Source of the DNA: Schizochytrium sp. TIO01
Taxonomy: Eukaryota > Protista > Bigyra: Labyrinthulomycetes
Reading direction: 5' to 3'
Length of the DNA: 64,000 nt
Assembly (NCBI GenBank): GCA_004764695.1
Contig: SMSO01000031.1
Location: 472,436-536,435 of the forward strand
Shown here: positions 56,441 to 64,000 of the stretch, in pieces
Layout: each line of letters opens with the position of its first letter
Position numbering within the stretch: the first letter of the stretch is position 1
Translations under genes and position numbers: made by a program
Notes under the pieces: model-generated
What the model saw: only the letters and a program-made list of their open reading frames with translations
The model's database searches: none
What the model was told of the DNA's origin: nothing

Positions 56441-58544
56441 ATGAGCTCTGCGCTATCCGCGTGGTGGGCTGTGGCGCAGCTTTACTGGCTGGAGACCACG
56501 CCTGCCAAGCCTACAGTAGAAGGATCAAGACAAGAAAGTAAAAGCAAACAAGCAGACTCTGAGTTAAATAACACCAAGGGCATTTCTCCTGGGTCCGCCC
56601 TCACTCACCATGACCGGACTTCGGCGTCTTTGGCAACTATAACAGCACCAAGCCAACCGACTGTGCGACCTCGTGCGAGTGCATGGCTGCGCCTTGCCGC
56701 TGTGTTGCTGTTGCAAGTGTTACGAGGCAAAACTGGAACTCTTGTAGCCGCTTCGACGCGACAGGTCCTTGCAGCCGCAGGAACCGCAAAAGTTGAAAAC
56801 GGCACTCTTACAGAAGCTGTTGCTCCTTCTTTTTCTCTCTCCACTAGATGCAGTGTACAAATATGTTCTCAGAGGGCTTCGTGTGGACTGGTCAAACAAT
56901 TTGACAAATCGTTTATTGCGCGATTACGTAGAATTAGCCTGTGCTCGACTATCTAAGCCAGCAATATCTTCCTCGTCTTCTTCTCTGTTGCCGTCTGACG
57001 CGAGGCAGGATGATATTGACCCCAACATTGACCAACATGTAGCCGAAGGTGTAGAAAAATTTGTCGACCTAAGTCTGGACCTCTTCCTCGAATCTGTTCA
57101 AGCAGGAATTCATTTGTACTTTTTCACCGGTATGCTGGCCGAATTTTCGCCATATCTAGCCAGCACTACTAAACGTCTCGCCCTTCTGGGAACTGTAGCA
57201 ACCCTGACAATTGGACGGCGCTTGCCCGAACTTTATCGTAACGAACGAGAGGCTGTTAATGATTTCCGCTACGCTCTTACAAGAGGTCTCGAAAATGCAG
57301 AGTCGATCGCGTTTTACGACGGCGCAGCCCAAGAAGTGGAAACCTTGCGTATTCGAAACGATATCAAGCAGGAATGCGGATGGGTTCGCAAAGCACAACG
57401 CGACTTTGTGCAAACTTTCTCTAGCACCTATCGCAAGATTGCAGGTCTCGTTCCATTTTATATGCTTGCTGTTTCTACACTGCCCGGGGAGCACCATCAG
57501 AGTAACGACAGTAGTGTTATCAGCGCTCTTGCTGAGCCCCATGGTCACAGTCACGCCTCAACTCACGGCCACAGCCATGACCACAGTCATAGTCACAGCC
57601 ATGGCGGACCTGCTACTGCTGAAGATGAGGGAGTTACTAGTGAGGCATCCAAACAGCTTGCAATTGTGATGCAGGCCGCTGATGCTTTCGACGAGGTTTT
57701 GTTTCATTTGATGATACTTGCCGAAAATATCAACGACTTTTCCCGTTTAAAGGCTGTTTCTGAACAACTGAGTGACATGCTGCAGTTTATTGAAGATCAG
57801 GATAACTCTCAAAATACCACTGGCAGCAGCGTATCTGAGATCTCCCTGGCCGAGGTTTCTCCACCTGCACATGCATCTGACGGGAAAACGAGCGTGTGGC
57901 TTGTGTTAGATAACCTAACAATCCGCTTCAACCATCGCGTTCTTATACAATCACTAAGCTTGTCTCTAACAAATCACCATTGCCTCCTTATTACTGGAGG
58001 TAGCGGATTTGGTAAGACTACCCTCCTGCGCTGCATCCAGGGTTTAGTTAAGCATGGGGAAGGACATATCATTCGCCCAAGCAAAGATGACATTTTGTTT
58101 ATTCCTCAACAGCCGTACATGCCACTGGGTACATTGCGAGAACAACTATTTTATCCTCTGCCAAGAGATCAAGTCCCTCTGGACCGAGACCTTGAAGCAA
58201 GACGTCTACTTCATGTGGTTGGTTTAGGCTACCTAGAGCAGCGTTATACTCTTGGGCTTGACACCGTTTCAAGGTGGGCTGATGAGCTTTCTGTAGGTGA
58301 GCAGCAACGCATCGCCTTTTGTCGGATTGCACTAAACAAACCCCGGTTCGTATTTTTGGACGAAGCCACTTCAGCACTCGATGCTGCTGCTGAAGAGAAA
58401 GTTCATGCTCTTTTGGCATCGTCTTGTGAAGCCTACGTTAGTGTTGGCCATCGTGCCACCCTCGAGAGATTTCATTCTCATAAATTACATTTGCATGGTT
58501 CGGGGGCTTGGGAAATGACAGAACTTTTCTCGCATAAAGACTAG
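56441..58544 (+). CDS. ABCD/YddA-type ABC half transporter (TMD-NBD) with a His-rich insertion; one frameshift near 56748-56800
   Basis: Frame 1: AWWAVAQLYW..AWLRLAAVLLL (TM1). Frame 2: LRVDW..LT; EAA-like FRYALTRGLENAESIAFYDG; Walker A GGSGFGKT; FIPQQPYMPLGTLREQL; signature LSVGEQQR; Walker B FLDEATSALD; SVGH. Confidence 0.88.
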
Positions 58545-58946
58545 TAACTTAGGAAGAAGTTTTCTGCTCCTTTTTATTCTGAACAGTCCACGTATTTCTC
58601 TCTTTCGTTTTCCCGCTGCTTGAATGCATTTTCACCTCTCCTCTCTACACGGTTTTCAAAATAAGACATTTGAATTGAAGAGAATTTAAGTATAGGGCGC
58701 ATATTTGAAGTCAACTTGAATTGTGCCAATCCCTGTCATAATCGAACCAGGCGGCCAGAGAAAGTACGCATGTTACCCTACTGCAACATGTATTGCATGT
58801 GAACAATATTGTTTCTAAGTGTCTTGTTGTCCTGGTATATTGTTCGAAGGAGTTCTTTTTATCTTTCCAGGCGTATTGACGTGAAACGCTAGAATGTCTT
58901 GTTTCGATCACCATGTGGTAACCAAAGCAACGCACGCTTCCAATCT

Positions 58947-59273
58947 TCAGGTTTCCGACTTGAAATTCAACAGCAAAGCATAATGCTCGCAGCAGCATGC
59001 TGTGCTGTGTTGTGTTTTTTTCTTCGTTAGAAGAGAGGAATGAAAATGGTTTTTGTTTTCTGTGAAGAGCACGACGGGCCTGATGCCGAATCGTTTTTCG
59101 AGGCCGATGAGCGCCATGTGGTCACCCCAGTAGGCGTTGGTTCTGATTCTGTCGCGCAGGACCTGCAGATCCACTAGGTTTCTCGCCCATCTTGCTGCGT
59201 CTGGGTCTCCCTCTGCGACGGCTTGGTAGAACTCGAGGTTTTCCTGTTTTGCGCTGGCTGCGACGACTGCCAT
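58947..59273 (-). pseudogene. Fragment of an OTU-like cysteine protease (C-terminal half; no catalytic-Cys motif)
   Basis: VVAAS..EFY..LRDRIRTNAYWGDHMALIGLEKRFGIRPVVL..EHYALL matches the OTU WG(D/G)-helix and HY motifs; no DGxC motif seen upstream. Confidence 0.6.
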
Positions 59274-59627
59274 CTTCTCTGGTTCTGTCTTTTATTTTCG
59301 TTTTACTCCAAGAAAATAAAGTGGCTTGGGTACGCTGCATACAGCTATTTTCTTTTAATTTTAATTTTAAAATGTAAAAGCTTTTTTCGGCGGCACGCCC
59401 TCATTGTTTGTAATTCGTGTCCAAACTGACAAACTGGCTACCTACTACACAATTCCAAACTAACAGTTCCTCGTATCAAACCAGAATTCCTTACTTACTT
59501 AGTTTGGAAAACAAAATGTATAGAAGTGATAAACATAACAAGATTGATTTTAGTTATTTGTTGATTAACTATTTTAAATTTCAGATGTCGCCGTTCTGTC
59601 AAGGAATCTAAACAGTCTGTTGAAGTG

Positions 59628-61575
59628 TCACACGTCCTTATTCATTTCATCCTTAGATGCATCTATTTTCGACATACCAAAGTCAATAATACGAACTTCA
59701 CCCACATGATTCAGTACAAAATTTCTCAGTGCGATATCCCTATGAGCTACGTTCAGAGAATGCACTGCATCAAGGGCAGCACGAGCTTTGGCCATCGTTT
59801 CAACAGTAATCTCCTCCATCGGTAAATCATCAAGACACCTACCTTCAAAGGTAAGTGCGATAATGAAGTCATTAAACATATGAGAACCACCATACAGATA
59901 GAACGGGACAAAGGTTCCCCAGATGGGACGCAAAACCTCGTACACATCCATCTCATTTTGAGAGACTTGAAACCCAAGAGCAGCATTCTTAGCTTCGGCC
60001 TCCTCCTTACTAAGATATTCACCCCTAACAGGTTTTTGCGAATTTAGAACCTTGACGATAGTATCAACTCCATTCGTCGTCACTCGCATCATGCCACCAA
60101 ACTGGCCATGTGAAGACCGGTAAATAGTGTCATGAACGCCTCCGTAGTACTCGAACTGATCTTGAGGGAAAGGCAGCATTTCACGGAGTTTTCGAAAAGC
60201 TTCGATGCTCCTACGAAACCCTCTCTGAGAATGAACCTCCGTTTCCTTACTATTGGAACCATCTAATGTATCAGAAACACCATCCTCACAATCTTCCTTT
60301 CCACCTTTTCTACTGTTACCATTACGGTTAGATCCCCCCTTCTTCGATTTTGATTTTGATGGAAGTGTTTGAGTCCGACGAATCAAGACCATAGAATTGT
60401 GCTAGTTCATTGTACACGTCCAACCAAGATTGAAGCATTTAATCTGAAGGAATCTCCCCTGTTTCGAGAAGCATGTCCTTCGATAATTGCAGCCGACAAC
60501 CTTTGTCCAGCACGGTTTCGAGAAGACATGCATAGGCATACCGCGTGCTATTTTCGGGCCCGACTCCGTCAAACTTAAAACACCTTGAGATATGCAACCT
60601 GTTATTCTCGTCGAGTTTCAGAAACCAAGTATGTGTCCAAAGTGCTTAGTACGCCATACATAGTCATCGTACGAATTATGTAAACATAAATCTGTATAAT
60701 CGTATAGCGATACTGTTCAGTGCGGTTTTTGCGGGTATCTCGTTCTGCATGATCCCAATAATCGATCAAATTTTCATAGGGCATTTTCAGCTTAGTTTTA
60801 TCGTAGTTCACCTTCTTGACCCAATCTTTTTGTCAGAGCTCAATCTCAGCTTCAGAGTCCTTAGGAGGTTTGCAGTTGTCTTCATCCTCGTTTATCTCTT
60901 TTGTTTTTTTAATGTGTCTAGTTCTTCAAACTGCTCGGCGAGAAAAGGAAATGTGCGTGGGTTCTTGTGTTCGTGGGGCAGCAGTGGATATTCATCTAGA
61001 GCGTTAGGACAACCAAACACTTCAGACACTTGGATAGGGCTTGATTTTTTAACAATAATTGTCCACAAAGCATCGACGCGAAAAAAAGGTTCACGATACT
61101 CTAGGGAACAATTCAGTGTTTGCCTAGGATCATCATCTATAAACTGGCCACTGTAAGCTATTGCAAAGTTTGTTGCGAACGTCTAATTGATGAGCTTTCC
61201 AAGGATCGTGTAGTATGAACTTGTTGAGTTTTAAACGTTATTTCTTTCACCAAGACTTGGAGGTCTTCAGACACTAGTTTGGTTGCTAGTCCAACTTCTT
61301 CGTCAAAAGTACTCCATGGGACAAGCTCTCCAGGTGTCATAGAAATTTTAGATTGTGCGCCTACCCTGGCAGCAGGCTTCCCATTTGGTGCGCGGGATCG
61401 AAGTTGACTTTCCGACATACTATATCCCTCTGCGCCCTGACTTTTCATAGAGGAGCGCAGAGATGATAACGCGTTTAGGTAGGTTGATGATGCCACCCCA
61501 TCGTCCAATATAGGATTATCCAATAGAGCATCAACTATTTTGACATCCTTATTGTCTTGCCGTCTGTCTGGCCAT
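59628..61575 (-). pseudogene. Crinkler-related PD-(D/E)xK nuclease-like + protein kinase gene, pseudogenised
   Basis: Joined across frames by hand: ELVPWSTF..; RVDALW..LPHEHKNP; IIQIYVYI..YGVLST/TWFLK..LHISR; kinase GQFGG..IVKV..NEMDVYEVL..VP..VHSLNVAHRDIALRNFV..IIDFG. In-frame stops at 60833-60835 (TGA) and 60439-60441 (TAA) plus about 5 frameshifts. Confidence 0.8.
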
Positions 61576-63464
61576 CACAAAATTATTACATTTCAACATT
61601 TCTCTCAATTAAGGACCAACTCCAGACGGAGATTGGCGTTTGCAAGAAATATCCCTCACAAATATTTAAAGCTCAGTGGATAGACTGTAGACACAGAAAA
61701 TGAGTTGTGGGGGAAACTAGAAATTAATGCAATTTAGAGAACAGGGATGTGAAGCAGTGTGGTCAAGGGGGAGCAATTGCATCTATTGGAGAGAGATACC
61801 ACACATCAACACTTGCCAAAAAAACTTTGTTTTCAATCATTCAGCTTCCCTCCTACCTCTTTCTTATTATGCTTATCCACTCTTGATGGACAATCCAAAG
61901 CAGCGTACTGTCTAGCCAGTTATGTGTTTTTGTTATTTGTTTTTTAAAATCATGGCCGCGTGCTTGAAAGAACCTACCTAATAGACTTGCAAGCTGTGGC
62001 GTCATCTCGAAATGGTACCTATGAGAGCCGTGGCTCAGTCTTTTGTTAGAAGCCAGCGCAACTAGAACTAAAATATTACATCTCTTGAAATTGTGCGCTA
62101 TTTCTGCCTTTTCAATTTTACAAACCTTCATACCGCTTGGTGTGGAATAAACGTGGTTTTCACTAAACACCTTAAACATTTTGCATGTAGCATGCGCGAG
62201 TCACTGCACGACCACCATCATTAATTCATGCTATCATAATTTCGCTTAATATCGTGAGCGTTGGCAATCTCATGATATAAAGTAATGCCTTCGGACTGGG
62301 TAATGGCGTACTACAGCTATAGGCAACCTGGTGCACTCCCAGTACTAGTGCGATTTATGATTTAGCTTGGGCTTTTCTTTTGCCCAGGTTGGAAAACATT
62401 GTTCGGTGGGTATCGATAGATACCATTTTGTACATTTAATTTTTAATTTGTTTTTAATTTTAAAATAATAACTTCCAGTTGCGAGTCAAGTTGAAAGAAA
62501 AAAAATGATTGTTTATTTTTTATGTCTGGCAAGTGGGCACTGAATGAATACCTTTACCCAATGAAAAGGAAGCTTTATCCGGCGGCACAAATTGATCTAA
62601 GTAGCGTGCTTCAAGTTTACACGTAACAAGTTATTCAAGGTTGCAGGCAATGCTGGTTTCTTCTTCTTTGAGCTCTGTTGCAAGCAAGCCCTTGGAGGCA
62701 GAAGGAACTTGAGGACTGCCAAATTTCGTACCTGAGCACTCCTAACAAGTCAGATAGTACCTTCTACCTGCACGTGCCAGTGTCGCTTGTGAGGAGATGG
62801 CAGAATAAGTAGTTCAAAATAGCCTCAGCACGTTTCCAGTCTCGATAGTTGTGCCTTCCTTTTTTGCGATTCCGTTGATCACCAAAATTGCCACAATGGT
62901 CATGGAAGTTTATCTCACTCCGAGTCGGCAGAAGTATAGATGGTTCAGAAGAAGCGCCTACCTACCTAGGCATGCATTTCTTTGCGAAAGCTCGACACGG
63001 ATTTTCTGCTATGCTTTGTTCATATGAAAAGAACTTCGAGCTCGCCGCCGCCGCCGCTGCTTCGGGTTTTCGATTGGTCCTCTCGATTGCTAAACTCCGC
63101 GTCTCTTCCGAGTCCGAAATCGACTGTTGCAGAAGCATAAGTCTTTCACCCGATTGACGCTGGACAGTCTCTTTGCAAGAGTTGAGCCATTGGATCATGA
63201 ACTGGTGAGCCATTCGATGGCTCCATAGTTACGCGGAGACTTGGCTCGTTGCACGTGGGCTCTCTGGCAAAGTATCACGCTGGCTGCTCTTCCAGAGCTG
63301 CGACGGCCCAGAGGCGTTTTCGAGCTCCGGCCTGATTGCTCTAGCCGGTTTGCAGCGAGCAGGCAGACGTTGGCTTTGCTGCGCTGGACGCTCGCCAGCC
63401 AGAGCTGCCAATAGCGCGGCCTTTGCAGCAGCAGCATTCATTCCCAGTGATTTACCCTCGCGGC

Positions 63465-63509
63465 ATTGATGCTTGCTCATTGATGCTTGCTCATTGATGC
63501 TTGCTCATA
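63465..63509. repeat. 14-bp tandem repeat (cattgatgcttgct) x3
   Basis: Directly visible. Confidence 0.85.
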
Positions 63510-63825
63510 GGTAGCCAATGCTTGCAAGTCTGGAGGAGTGAACACGCATGCATCATTGTGATTTGGCAACGAGTTGGTCCTTGCTGTTCGAGTTGCTGTT
63601 CGAGCAAGAGAGAGCGTGCATAAATTGATAGATAGATCAATGATTGATGGATAGATCAAAGATTGATGGATAGATAGATCACCTGCCTTCGGGTCTCCGC
63701 TAGCTACTTGACGACTGACTTTGGAGAGATTGAGATGCGACTGACTGACTCATCGATCGCCTATAATTACACTTCCTTCCTCTTCGATGAAAGACACGCA
63801 GACAAACAAGCAGCAAAGAGATCGC

Positions 63826-63970
63826 AAACAAACAAACAAACAAGCGAACGAACGAACGAACAAACAAACAAACAAACAAGCAGACAAGCAGACAAGCAGA
63901 CAAGCAAACAGACTGACTGACAGACTGACTGAGAGACTGACTGAGAGACTGACTGAGAGAGAGAGAGAGA
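63826..63970. repeat. Mosaic (CAAA)/(GAAC)/(GACT)/(GA) microsatellite
   Basis: Directly visible. Confidence 0.85.
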
Positions 63971-64000
63971 AAGGAGCTCTCTCAGAGTCAGTTGGTGAGT

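Noticed and set aside
59285-59306. 22-nt GT..AG segment whose removal would join MQRTQATLFSW to the OTU frame
   Set aside because: Too short for a typical spliceosomal intron, and the product would still lack the catalytic Cys.

Overview
Eukaryotic nuclear DNA with long, apparently intron-less ORFs separated by AT-rich spacers rich in tetranucleotide microsatellites and TAG/CTAC motifs. This layout, plus a ciliary gene and the HIS6/GpsA gene types, suggests a flagellated protist such as a thraustochytrid or other labyrinthulomycete (inference only). About 14 genes are visible: a PH-2xCNB-Ser/Thr kinase (PKG-like), a two-repeat TMEM175-like channel overlapping a convergent TSTD2/TrhO rhodanese, HGH1, NUP98-96, a 1464-aa CH-SAM-actin-fold fusion, HIS6, a GpsA-type G3P dehydrogenase with a putative membrane anchor, a PAH-like protein, DNA polymerase kappa (2 frameshifts), a small basic protein, a CFAP97-domain protein, an FAD monooxygenase, and an ABCD/YddA-type half transporter (1 frameshift) with a His-rich loop. 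The right end is a decayed accessory zone holding an OTU-protease fragment resembling large-DNA-virus OTUs and a pseudogene of a Crinkler-related PD-(D/E)xK nuclease plus kinase. The most striking candidate novelty is the CH-SAM-actin-fold protein with a C-linker-like tail. All family calls come from recognising motifs by eye; no database search was run.
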